A stretch of DNA of 64,000 nt, taken from Phycisphaerae bacterium (GTDB lineage: Bacteria > Planctomycetota > Phycisphaerae > UBA1845 > Fen-1342). How positions within the stretch are numbered: the stretch's first letter is position 1; every line of letters begins with the position of its first letter. Below are positions 37,639 to 48,300 of the stretch, in pieces. The notes under the pieces are model-generated. The model was not told the DNA's origin. It ran no database searches and saw only the letters and a list, made by a program, of their open reading frames with translations. Where the stretch lies: positions 32,001-96,000 of the forward strand of contig JASFQK010000001.1 of NCBI GenBank assembly GCA_050115495.1, given 5' to 3'. Position numbers and translations under genes: made by a program.

Positions 37639-38463
37639 CTACTTGTTGCAGTAGTCGATGATCCGCGCAATCTCGCTGCGCAGATCCTTGCGGTGCACGA
37701 TCCGATCCACGAAGCCGCGCTCCAGCATGAACTCGGCCGTCTGGAACCCTTCCGGCAGCGTCGCCTTGATCGTGTTGGCGATCACCCGCGGGCCGGCGAA
37801 ACCGATCAATGCCCCCGGCTCCGCCAGCGTCACGTCGCCCAGAAAAGCGAAGCTCGCCGCCACGCCCGCCGTCGTCGGGTCGGCCATCACCACGATGTAC
37901 AGCCCGCCGGCCTCGTCCAGCCGGGCCACCGCCGCCGCCGTCTTGGCCATCTGCACCAGCGAGATCATGCCCTCCATCATCCGGGCCCCGCCGCTGCACG
38001 TGACCATCACCAGCGGCAGCTCCTCCTCGACGGCCCGCTCGGCCGCCGCCGCCACCTTCTCCCCCACCACGGCGCCCATCGAGCCCATGATGAAGTCCGG
38101 ATTCATCACGCCCATGATCACCGGGCGACCCTTGATGAACCCCTTGCCCACGATGATCGCTTCCGGCTCCCCCGACTCCTTCTTCACCTGCGCCAGCCGC
38201 TCCTTGTAGCCCAGGCGATCCTTGAACTTCAGCGGGTCCGTCGACTCCAGGTTCGGCAGAAACTCCTCGAACGTCCCCGGATCGTTGAGCTGCGCAATAC
38301 GCGTCCGCGCGTCCACCCGGTAGTGGTACCCGCAATCCGGACAGACGTGGAGCTGCTCCTCCAGAATCCGGCGGTAAATCATGTTGCCGCAGCGCTTGCA
38401 GCGGATCCACAGCCCCTCGGGGACGTCAACGTTGCGGCGCGGCTGGATCGAATTGTCCGGCAT
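37639..38463 (-). CDS. accD: Acetyl-CoA carboxylase carboxyltransferase beta subunit
   Basis: VPEGLWIRCKRC..CPDC zinc finger, MGSMG.VVGEK, SGGARM.EG, DPTT.GV.ASFA, IGFAGPRVI. Confidence 0.97.
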   Translation of the reverse strand: MPDNSIQPRRNVDVPEGLWIRCKRCGNMIYRRILEEQLHVCPDCGYHYRVDARTRIAQLNDPGTFEEFLPNLESTDPLKFKDRLGYKERLAQVKKESGEPEAIIVGKGFIKGRPVIMGVMNPDFIMGSMGAVVGEKVAAAAERAVEEELPLVMVTCSGGARMMEGMISLVQMAKTAAAVARLDEAGGLYIVVMADPTTAGVAASFAFLGDVTLAEPGALIGFAGPRVIANTIKATLPEGFQTAEFMLERGFVDRIVHRKDLRSEIARIIDYCNK

Positions 38464-38471
38464 GCGTACTC

Positions 38472-39071
38472 CTACGACGGCCGGGCCGGCCGCTTCTTCT
38501 TCGTCCCCGCGAGCGCTTCCCCCGCGTCGAGCACGACCGGCTCCCGCCTCTGCTTCGCCGTCTCCCACAGCGCCGACGGTGCCCGCCCCTCCAGCGCACA
38601 CTGCGCCATGGCGAACGACACCGGCCGTAGCACCAGCCCCACCACCGCCTCGCCGTTTCGCTTCGCCTGCTTGCGCAGAAATGCCTTCAACCGCTCGTCC
38701 GCCTCCCCCAGATTCTCGCCCCCCGGCGGGCTCACGTTCAGCGGCGCCTCGCACAGCTCCCGGTGCGCCGAGGCATACCGCGACTTCAAATCGTCTTCTG
38801 TAAGCCCCGTCCACAACCCGACGTCTACCTCCGCCAGCCCATCCGCCGACCGCGTTGGCACGACCAGCTTCCGCCCGAGCTGCCGGGCCGTCCGCGTCGC
38901 CAGCTCATCCGGCGCGTGGTAGATCTCTTTCAGACCCAGGCCAGCGAGCGTGGTCGCCCACTGGGTGGTCTCCTGCTCCAGGGCGGGACCAGCCGATAAC
39001 TCGACCCGGCCCATCAGCCGCCCCTTCTCCACCCATTCGGTCGCGGCGCAGGGTATCAGCACGACCTTCAT
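38472..39071 (-). CDS. Histidine phosphatase (phosphoglycerate mutase) family protein, catalytically degenerate
   Basis: Fold cues RLMGRVEL, LAEVDVGLWTGL, PPGGE; the RHG motif is replaced by IPCA. Confidence 0.8.
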   Translation of the reverse strand: MKVVLIPCAATEWVEKGRLMGRVELSAGPALEQETTQWATTLAGLGLKEIYHAPDELATRTARQLGRKLVVPTRSADGLAEVDVGLWTGLTEDDLKSRYASAHRELCEAPLNVSPPGGENLGEADERLKAFLRKQAKRNGEAVVGLVLRPVSFAMAQCALEGRAPSALWETAKQRREPVVLDAGEALAGTKKKRPARPS

Positions 39072-39760
39072 GCCCGCCGCTCCACCCCCGTCGCCAGCGC
39101 CGTCATCCCCGCGTGGCGCAACGCCACCACCGCCGCTCCGGGATCCTTCTGACCGAAGACCGCCGAGCCGGCCACCAGCGTATCGGCGCCCGCGGCCACC
39201 ACTTCCGCCGCCGTCTCCACGTCAATCCCGCCGTCCACCTGCAGCCACTGGTCCGCACGCATCCGCTGGGCGATCGAGTAGATCTTCGACAGACACTCCC
39301 GCATGAACTTCTGCCCGCCGAAGCCCGGCCAGACGCTCATCACCAACACCAGGTCCACCTGCTCCAGCCACTCAGAAACCGCCTCGGCCGGTGTGCCCGG
39401 GTTGAGCGAGATACCCACCTTCGCGCCCAGCGCCCGAACCTGCTCGATCAACGCCGCTGGATCCTTCGTCGCCTCGACGTGAAACGTGATGAGCCCGGCC
39501 CCGGCCTCGACAAACGCCGGCGCATACCGCGCGGGATCGTCGATCATCAGGTGTGCATCGAGCAGCAGATCCGTGTGCTGCGAGATGCTCGCCACCACCG
39601 GCACGCCGAACGACAGGTTCGGCACGAAATGCCCATCCATCACGTCCAGGTGCAGCATGTCCGCCCCACCCGCCTTGACCGCTGCAATCTGCTCGGCCAG
39701 CCGTCCGAAGTCGGCGGCCAGCACCGACGGTGCCACCCGGATTGTCCGCGTACTGCTCAT
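39068..39760 (-). CDS. rpe: Ribulose-phosphate 3-epimerase
   Basis: APSVLAADF, HLDVMDGHFVPNLSFG, DAHLM, MSV.PGFGGQKF, VDGGI. Confidence 0.97.
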   Translation of the reverse strand: MSSTRTIRVAPSVLAADFGRLAEQIAAVKAGGADMLHLDVMDGHFVPNLSFGVPVVASISQHTDLLLDAHLMIDDPARYAPAFVEAGAGLITFHVEATKDPAALIEQVRALGAKVGISLNPGTPAEAVSEWLEQVDLVLVMSVWPGFGGQKFMRECLSKIYSIAQRMRADQWLQVDGGIDVETAAEVVAAGADTLVAGSAVFGQKDPGAAVVALRHAGMTALATGVERRA

Positions 39761-39769
39761 ACCCTCGTC

Positions 39770-41020
39770 CTACGCGTTGTCCAGCACTTCCAGTGACTCG
39801 AAGCGCTTGCCCTCCAGAAACTCCAGCGAGGCACCGCCGCCCGTGCTGATGTGCGTCATCCGCTCGGCCAGGCCGGCCTGCTCGACCGCCGCCGCCGAGT
39901 CACCGCCGCCGATCACGGTCACCGCCCCGCGGTCCGTCGCCTCGGCGATCGTGTGGGCCAGGGCGTACGTCCCCGTCTCGAACGGCCGCGTCTCGAACGC
40001 GCCCAGCGGTCCGTTCCAGACCACCGTCCGGGCCGTGCTCAGCCGCGCCCGGAACTCCTTGAACGTCTTCGGACCGATATCCAGACCCATCAGGTCGTCT
40101 GGCAGGTCACCGTCGAGGATCTTCGTGGCGACGCCCGGCGCCAACTCCGCCGCCGCCACCGAGTCCGTCGGCAGGACGATCTTGTCGCCGCCCTCTTCGA
40201 GCAGACTGCGGGCCAGGTCCAGCTTGTCGCGCTCACAAAGGCTCTTGCCGACCGCCTTGCCCTGCGCCGCCCAGAACGTGTACGTCATCGCTCCGCCGAT
40301 CAGAATGCAATCCACTCGCTGCAGTAAGTTCTTGATAACGTTGATCTTATCGCTGACCTTCGCCCCGCCCAGGATAGCCACGAAAGGGTGCTTGGGCGCC
40401 TGGAGCGCCTCGCCCAGGAACCGCAGCTCCTTCTCCACCAGGAAGCCGACCGCCCGGCCGCCCGCCAGCAGCAGCCGCGGCACGTCGTACATGCTGACGT
40501 GCTTGCGGTGGCAGGTGCCGAAGGCGTCATTGACGTACATCTCGCCATGGGCCGCCAGGGCCGTAGCGAAGGCCGACCGCTGGGCCTCCTGCTGAGGCGT
40601 GAGCTTCTTGTCCGGGTTCTTCTTCGCCTTGTCGATGACGTTCTCGCCCTTGTGGAACCGGAGGTTCTCCAGCAGGAGCACCTCCCCGTCCCGCAAGGCC
40701 CCGACCGCCTCGGCGATCTCCGGCCCGATGCAGTCCGTAGTGAAGCGGACCTCACGCCCGAGCAGCTCCGTCAGCCGGGTCGCCACCGGCCGCAGGGAGA
40801 ACTGGGCATCCGCCACCGGATCCCCCTTCGGCCGGCCCAGGTGGCTCATGACGATGGCCCGCCCGCCGGCGTCGACCACGTGTTGCAGCGTCGGCAGGAA
40901 CATCCGGATCCGCCGATCGTCCGTGATCTGCTGCCCGTCATCCAGGGGGACGTTCAGGTCCGCGCGGATCAGCACCCGCCGACCGCGCACCTCGAGCTCG
41001 CGCACCGTCTTTTTCGCCAT
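39770..41020 (-). CDS. pgk: Phosphoglycerate kinase
   Basis: RADLNVP, SHLGRP, LLENLRF, NDAFGTCHR, GGAKVSDKI, HISTGGGASLE. Confidence 0.98.
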   Translation of the reverse strand: MAKKTVRELEVRGRRVLIRADLNVPLDDGQQITDDRRIRMFLPTLQHVVDAGGRAIVMSHLGRPKGDPVADAQFSLRPVATRLTELLGREVRFTTDCIGPEIAEAVGALRDGEVLLLENLRFHKGENVIDKAKKNPDKKLTPQQEAQRSAFATALAAHGEMYVNDAFGTCHRKHVSMYDVPRLLLAGGRAVGFLVEKELRFLGEALQAPKHPFVAILGGAKVSDKINVIKNLLQRVDCILIGGAMTYTFWAAQGKAVGKSLCERDKLDLARSLLEEGGDKIVLPTDSVAAAELAPGVATKILDGDLPDDLMGLDIGPKTFKEFRARLSTARTVVWNGPLGAFETRPFETGTYALAHTIAEATDRGAVTVIGGGDSAAAVEQAGLAERMTHISTGGGASLEFLEGKRFESLEVLDNA

Positions 41021-41102
41021 TCGCGCACCCGACCGTTACGCGCACGGCCCATCCGCAGGGACGGGCCGTGACGCTGAAGCTATATCCTATGCCCGGCACA
41101 GC

Positions 41103-42218
<1,116 letters not shown>

Positions 42219-42316
42219 TCAACCCCGCCGCCGCCCCGCCGGCCACCTTCCCGCCAGCGCAATTTCGGCATACCCTATCCCCTGCACAGAGAGCCGTATC
42301 CGGAGTCGTCCTCGAT

Positions 42317-43093
42317 ATGCGTACCATCAGCGAAACCGAAGTCTCCCAGGCCATCATCCGGGCCTACCACGAGAAACTGTCCGCCTGCCTCACCAGCGAC
42401 GTCATCATCGTCGGCGCTGGCCCCGCCGGCCTCGTCGCGGCCTTCCGCCTCGCCTCCCAGGGCCGCAGCGTGACCGTTCTCGAAAAACGCCTCGCCGTCG
42501 GCGGCGGCATCTGGGGCGGCGGCATGGGCATGAACGAGGCCGTCATCCAGGACGAAGCCCTCCCGCTCGTCGACGAATTCGGCGTCCGCCACCAGCCCGG
42601 CTACGAAGGCCTGCATACCGTCGATACCGCCGAGCTCACCTGCGCCCTCTGCCTCAAGGCCCTCCAGGCCGGCGCCCGCGTCCTCAACCTCACCACTGTC
42701 GAGGACGTTGGCGTCCGCGCCGGTCGCGTCACCGGCGTCGTCATCAACCGCACCATGATCGTCGGCGCCCTGCCCGTCGATCCGCTCACCCTCGCCGCCA
42801 AGGCCGTCATCGACACCACCGGCCACGAGGCCATCGTCGTCGCCGCCCTCCGCAAACGCGGTCTGCTGCCCACGCCGGCGGCGGGTGCTTTCGGCGAGGG
42901 TCCGATGGACGCCACCGCCGGCGAGGCCTTCGTCGTCGAGCGCACCAGCGAAATCTACCCCGGCCTGTGGGTAGCGGGCATGAGCGTCTGCGCCGCCCTC
43001 GGCGGGCCGCGCATGGGTCCGATCTTCGGCGGCATGCTCCTCTCCGGCGCCCGCGCCGCCGACCTCATCACCCCCACCATCCGCGAAACGTAA
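42317..43093 (+). CDS. thi4: Thiazole synthase Thi4, non-cysteine (sulfide-dependent) type
   Basis: DVIIVGAGPAGL, GGGIWGGGM, LPVDPL, DTTGH, PRMGPIFGGMLLSG. Confidence 0.93.
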   Translation: MRTISETEVSQAIIRAYHEKLSACLTSDVIIVGAGPAGLVAAFRLASQGRSVTVLEKRLAVGGGIWGGGMGMNEAVIQDEALPLVDEFGVRHQPGYEGLHTVDTAELTCALCLKALQAGARVLNLTTVEDVGVRAGRVTGVVINRTMIVGALPVDPLTLAAKAVIDTTGHEAIVVAALRKRGLLPTPAAGAFGEGPMDATAGEAFVVERTSEIYPGLWVAGMSVCAALGGPRMGPIFGGMLLSGARAADLITPTIRET

Positions 43094-43104
43094 CCCCCGG
43101 CTGT

Positions 43105-43133
43105 GTGGCATGCCGAAGCGCAGCGCCGGCATG
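43105..43133 (+). repeat. REP-like palindrome, GTGG type
   Basis: GTGG-CATGCCG-aagcgcagcgc-CGGCATG between convergent thi4 and hmgA. Confidence 0.5.
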
Positions 43134-43234
43134 TCCTCCGCGCGCATCAAGGACAACGTGCCCGCGCCACCCGGGGCATAACCCCGTCCCTTGCCAACAC
43201 GCCCCCGACCTCGCCGCTTCTGACTCCTCTCTGC

Positions 43235-44407
43235 TCACTCGATCCAGCTCTCGTGATACCGCGCATCTTCCACCCCCGCCGCCACCGTCGTCATCCGAAA
43301 CGGCGTATACGCATCGCACATCACCGCCAGCTCGTCCGTCCGCTTGGTCCCGATGGACTTCTCGTACATGCCCGGATGCGCCCCGTGCGTCACGCCCAGC
43401 GGGTGCAGACTGATCGACTCGGCGTCGATCCCCTTGCGAGACGTAAAATTCCCCTGAACGTAATACAGGATCTCATCCATATCCAAGCTGGCGTGATCGT
43501 ACGGACACGGGATGGCCTTCTCGTGGTAGTCCACCAGCCGCGGCACGAACGAGCAGATCACGAACCGTTCGCCGGCGAACGTCGTGTGGATCGTCGGCGG
43601 CAGATGCACCAGTCCCGTCTTTGGTTCGTAATCGTGGATGCTGAACGCCACCGGATACAGCACGCCGTCCCATCCCACCACCTCGAACGGAAAATGCGCA
43701 TACCGGCGCAGCGTCAGCTCGCCGCCACATTTGACCACCAGCTCGTACGGCGGCCCGCCGTGGCGATCCGGGTCGGCGACGAGTAGCTCGGTCGGGACCC
43801 GGAAATCACGATGCGAGTAAGGCGCGAAGTCCGATAGCTGCCCCCACGAATTGCGATACGCCCCGGGAACGCCCAGCCACGGGCGGCCCTCGAACACCAG
43901 CAGGGTTGCCCGGTCGTTATCGAACACCAGCCGGTAAGGCGTCCCCTTGGGAATGAGCAAATAATCGTGGGTACGGAAAGGCAGGACGCCGTACAGGCTC
44001 TCCACGCGACCCGCACCCTCCGTCACGAAATAGCACTCGTCACCGTCGCCGTTGCTGAAGAACCGCCGCGTGGGCTGGCACGGCTTGCAGACGCCCACGT
44101 CGACGCCCTCGCTGACGCAGAGCGTCCGTCGGCCGCTGAGAAAATCGCCGGCCGGAGCAAGATTCTGCGTCCGTATATGGCGACGGCGCAATGGTTGCTC
44201 GCCAAGCAGCTCGTGCGGGCAGAACCCGGGCAGCTCCAGCCGCTCGACCGCCGTCTCTGCCGTCGGCGAATTGCGGTAGTACAGCATGGTGAAGGGACCC
44301 TCGAAGCCCTGTCGCGTGATCATCTGCTCGCGGAGTAGTCGACCATCCTCGTACATGGCCGTGTGCGGCTTGGCGGGAATCCGGCCGAGGCTCAGGCGGT
44401 GGATCAT
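43235..44407 (-). CDS. hmgA: Homogentisate 1,2-dioxygenase (short bacterial form)
   Basis: IPAKPH, NGDGDE, FEVVGWDG.LYP, HLPP.IH.TF, CSFVPR..DYH, DE..YY, SLHP.G..HG.HPG, ELAVM.D. Confidence 0.9.
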   Translation of the reverse strand: MIHRLSLGRIPAKPHTAMYEDGRLLREQMITRQGFEGPFTMLYYRNSPTAETAVERLELPGFCPHELLGEQPLRRRHIRTQNLAPAGDFLSGRRTLCVSEGVDVGVCKPCQPTRRFFSNGDGDECYFVTEGAGRVESLYGVLPFRTHDYLLIPKGTPYRLVFDNDRATLLVFEGRPWLGVPGAYRNSWGQLSDFAPYSHRDFRVPTELLVADPDRHGGPPYELVVKCGGELTLRRYAHFPFEVVGWDGVLYPVAFSIHDYEPKTGLVHLPPTIHTTFAGERFVICSFVPRLVDYHEKAIPCPYDHASLDMDEILYYVQGNFTSRKGIDAESISLHPLGVTHGAHPGMYEKSIGTKRTDELAVMCDAYTPFRMTTVAAGVEDARYHESWIE

Positions 44408-44450
44408 GACGTGTGCTCCTGCGGGCGAGGACGCGAGCGGCTCTTTTTGA

Positions 44451-44520
44451 ATTATAAGGCACGCACAGGCGATCCAACATGCGTCAGCATCTTGACGGAG
44501 CGCGCGCGCCGCGGCATGAT
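44451..44520. promoter_or_regulatory. Divergent promoters for hmgA and rrf2
   Basis: Plus strand TTGACG-17-CATGAT (44492-44520); minus strand TATAAT (44456-44451). Confidence 0.6.
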
Positions 44521-44704
44521 ACGTGCCGACTGATCGGTGCGTTCGGGCTGAAGCGCGTCTGGCGCGGGTTGTGGGGGTTACCCGTCCAACGTCGGCTGTA
44601 CGTGGGAGTTTGACGACGGCCCGGCGAAGCGAGCCGAGGAACCTACCGAGCGGTCAGACAACGGCCGCTGCACGGGCCGCGAGCGACTGGAGGTACACGA
44701 AGTA

Positions 44705-45103
44705 ATGCGACTCGGACGTGCCGCGGCGTATGCCATCTTTGCCGTAGTTTACATTGCCAGAAGCGGGAAGAAGGGGCCCGTCCAAGGCAAGGACATTGCC
44801 GGCTCCTGCGACATGCCGCCCGGACGCCTGCTGAAGATTCTGCAGCAGCTCGTGCGGGCCCGTATCCTGGCCAGCGAGCGCGGACCGGCAGGGGGATTCC
44901 AGTTGCGCCGACCTCCTTCGGAGATCAGCGTCCTCGACATCGTCGAGACCGTCGAAGGTCCCATCGATGGCGACCTGCTGGCGGGAAACGGTGTCGCCAA
45001 CATGGAGCGGGCGCGCACCAAGGTCGGCGCCGTCTGTAGCCAGGTGGCGCACTTTGCCCGCGAGAGTCTCGGGGCGCTGACGGTCACCGACCTGGCGTCC
45101 TGA
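44705..45103 (+). CDS. Rrf2 family transcriptional regulator lacking the Fe-S cysteine triad
   Basis: LLKILQQLVRARILASERGPAGGFQL..PPSEISVLDIVETVEG; GGAGG RBS. Confidence 0.92.
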   Translation: MRLGRAAAYAIFAVVYIARSGKKGPVQGKDIAGSCDMPPGRLLKILQQLVRARILASERGPAGGFQLRRPPSEISVLDIVETVEGPIDGDLLAGNGVANMERARTKVGAVCSQVAHFARESLGALTVTDLAS

Positions 45104-45313
45104 GTCCAGCCGTTGTGGGGGGGCAACGAGTCTGAGTTTCGCAGGCCTTCGGCAATGCGCGGGCTTCGTGCGCCCGCCGGCCGACGATTACGCGCCGTTG
45201 TCCGCCCGCCACCCCCACCATAGAATCACGATGTTCGGCCGTGTAGAACGGCGGCCCGAGCGCGGGGGCTGCGCGCGTCGGCCACGAGCTGAGGGGCTGC
45301 CGAGGGACCCGAC

Positions 45314-48300
45314 ATGAGCGACGCTCGCAAGACGAGAGCACAGCTTTTCGAGGAGCTGCGCGCGTTGCGCGAGCGGCTGGCCGCCGCCGCCGAAGTACGG
45401 GCCCACCGGGCCGCGGCGCCCGGCCGCCCGCTGGAGCCCGCCGACTGGCCACGCCTCGTCCCGCTCGCCGTCCAGCAGAGCAACAAAGGCATCGCCATCA
45501 CCGAGCCGGACGGCCGCCTGCTCTTCGTCAACGCGGCGTTTGCCGCCGGCCACGGCTACACCGCCGAAGCCCTCGTCGGCCAACCGCTGTCGTCGGTCTA
45601 CCCTGCCCCCGAGACCGCCGCCGCCGCCGAGCACCTGCGCTTCGTCCGCGAAACCGGCGCCTTCGGAGGGCCGGTGCAGCACGCCCGCCACGACGGGACG
45701 ACGTTCTCCGCCTACATGCACGGCACACTCATCCGTGAGGAGTCCGGCCAGCCGCTGGCCGTGTTCATCGCCATGAGCGACGTGCCGGCCCTCCAGCAGG
45801 CCGAAGAGGCCCTGCGCCGCAACGAGCGCTTCCTGCAGGACATCTTCGAGGGCATCCAGGACGGCCTGTGCGTCCTCGACCGCGACCTCGCCGTTCTGCG
45901 CGTCAACGGCTGGATGGAGCGCCGCTACGCCGGGCGAATGCCCCTCGTCGGCCGCAAGTGTTACGAGGTGTTTCTGCAGCGCGACACGCGCTGCCCGGAC
46001 TGCCCCTGCCTGGCAGCGCTCGAAAGCGGACAGGTGCAAACGGCCATCCTGCCCTCTTCCCGCGCGACCGGCGTGACCGGCTGGGTCGAGCTCTCCGCCT
46101 TCCCGCTCCAGGACGCCGCCGGCCGCCCCTTCGGCATCATCCAGCATGTAAAGGACGTCACCGACCGCGAGCGGGCCCAGGCCGCCCTGCACGACAGCGA
46201 GCAGCGCCTCCGCAGCCTGTTCGACGGCCTGCCGGTCGGCCTCTACCGGGCCACGCCCGCTGGCCAAATCCTCGAAGCCAACCCGGCCATGGCCGCCATG
46301 TTCGGCTACGACGACCGGACGGAGCTGATGGCCCAAAACGTCGAAAGCCTCTACGTCGACAGCGACGAGCGAGCCCGCGCGCTGCGGGAGCTCGGGCAGG
46401 GGGACGGCCCGTACACTGCTGAAGCCCGCATGCGCCGCCGAGACGGCCGCATCATCTGGGTCAGCGACTGCGCCCGCGTCGTGCGCGACGACGCCGGGCG
46501 CGTCCTGTATTGCGAGGGAGCCCTCGAGGACATCAGCCTCCGCAAGGAAACGGAGCTCGAGCTGGCCCGCTATCGCGGCCACCTCGAGGAGCTCGTCCAC
46601 TCCCGCACCGAGGAGCTCACCCGAGCCAAGGAGCGGCTCGAAGCCGAACTCGCCGAACGCTCCCGCGCCGACGCTGCCCTGCGCGACCAGGAGCAACAGC
46701 ACCGCCAGCTCTTCCAGAACGCCCAGATCGGCATCTTCCGCTCCAAGCTCGACGGCTCCCGCCTCCTCGCCGCCAACCAGAAAATGGCCGAGCTCATCGA
46801 GCGCCCGCTCGCCGAGATCCTCGCCCTGCCGGCCACCGCGCACTGGGCCGACCTCCGCGACCGCGCGGATATGCTGCGTCGCCTCAGCCGCGAAGGCGTC
46901 GTTACCAACTTCGAGTCTCGCCTCGTTACCGGCGGCGGCAAGCAGAAAACCTGCCTGTTCTCCGCCTCCCTCTACGCCGACCGCGGCTACCTCGAAGGAA
47001 CCGTCCTCGACATCAGCGACCGCAAGCAGGCCGACGACCTGCTGCGCATGCAGCGCGACCTCGGCGTAGCCCTCAGCGCCGCCAACAGCCTCCAGGAGGC
47101 CTTCACGCACTGGCTCGACACCGCCATGCGCATCGAGGGCATCGACGCCGGCAGCGTGCACGCCGTCGACGAGCAGCGCCGCCACCTGACCATGGTCGTG
47201 CACCGCAACCTCACGCCGCACTTCGCCGCCCTCGCCCAGCAGCTGGACCTGACCATGCCACCGGCGCGCGCGGTCCTCGACGGGCAGCCGCTCTACTGGC
47301 GGGTCGGCACGTTCGGCTACCTCGACGACCACGCCCGCCGCGACGGCTTCCGCATCGCGGCCGCGTTCCCCGTGCCGTACGCCGGCGACGTCGTCGCCGT
47401 CCTCGTCGTCGTCTCACGCTCCCTCGACCGCATTCCGGAAAGCGCCTGCCAGGCCCTCGAATCCATGGCGGTCCGCCTCGGCGGTCTGGTCGCCCACTTC
47501 CGCGCCCGCGAGGCCCTGCGCGAAAGCGAAGAGCTCTTCCGCACCATCGTCACGTCCAGCATGGACGCCATGCTGGCCATCGACCAGAACGGAAACATCT
47601 CCATCTTCAACCCCGCCGCCGAGCGCATGTTCGGCTGTCGTGAGGCCGAGGTGCTCCACCAGCCGCTCGACTGGCTGATGCCCGCTGAGCAACGCGCCCG
47701 CCACGGAGACTACGTCCGCCGCTACTTCACGACCGGCGACCCGCAAAACGCCATCGGCCGCACCGCCGAACTCACCATCATGGATCGTTCCGGCCGGGAG
47801 TTTCCGATCGAGGTTTCGCTCTCCGCCGGCCAGCGCAGCGGCGAGCCCTTCGTACTGGCCGTCATCCGCGACATCACCGAACGCAAGCGGGCCGAGGCCG
47901 AAAGAGCCCGCCTTCAGGAGCAATTGTACGAGGCCAAGCGCATGGAGACCGTCGGCCAGGTCGCCGTCGGCATCGCCCACGACTTCGGCAACCTGCTCGC
48001 CGTCGCCCGCAACGGCGTTCGCCAGTTGCAGAGCCACCCCGCGGCCACCGAGCTCCGGGCCGGCCTCGAAACTGTCGCCCAGGCCGTCGACGAGGCCAGC
48101 AGCAGCATCCAGTCGCTACTGCTGTTCAGCCACAAGCTGCCCGTCGAGCGTGTCCCCCTCAAGCTTTGCCGGCTCGTCGAAGAATCCGCCCCGATGCTCC
48201 GCCATCTCCTCCCCGACGACGTCGACCTGTGCGTCTCCGTCCACGAGGGCGGCGGCTGCCTGATCAACGGCGATCCCGGCCAGTTACAGCAGGTCCTCAT

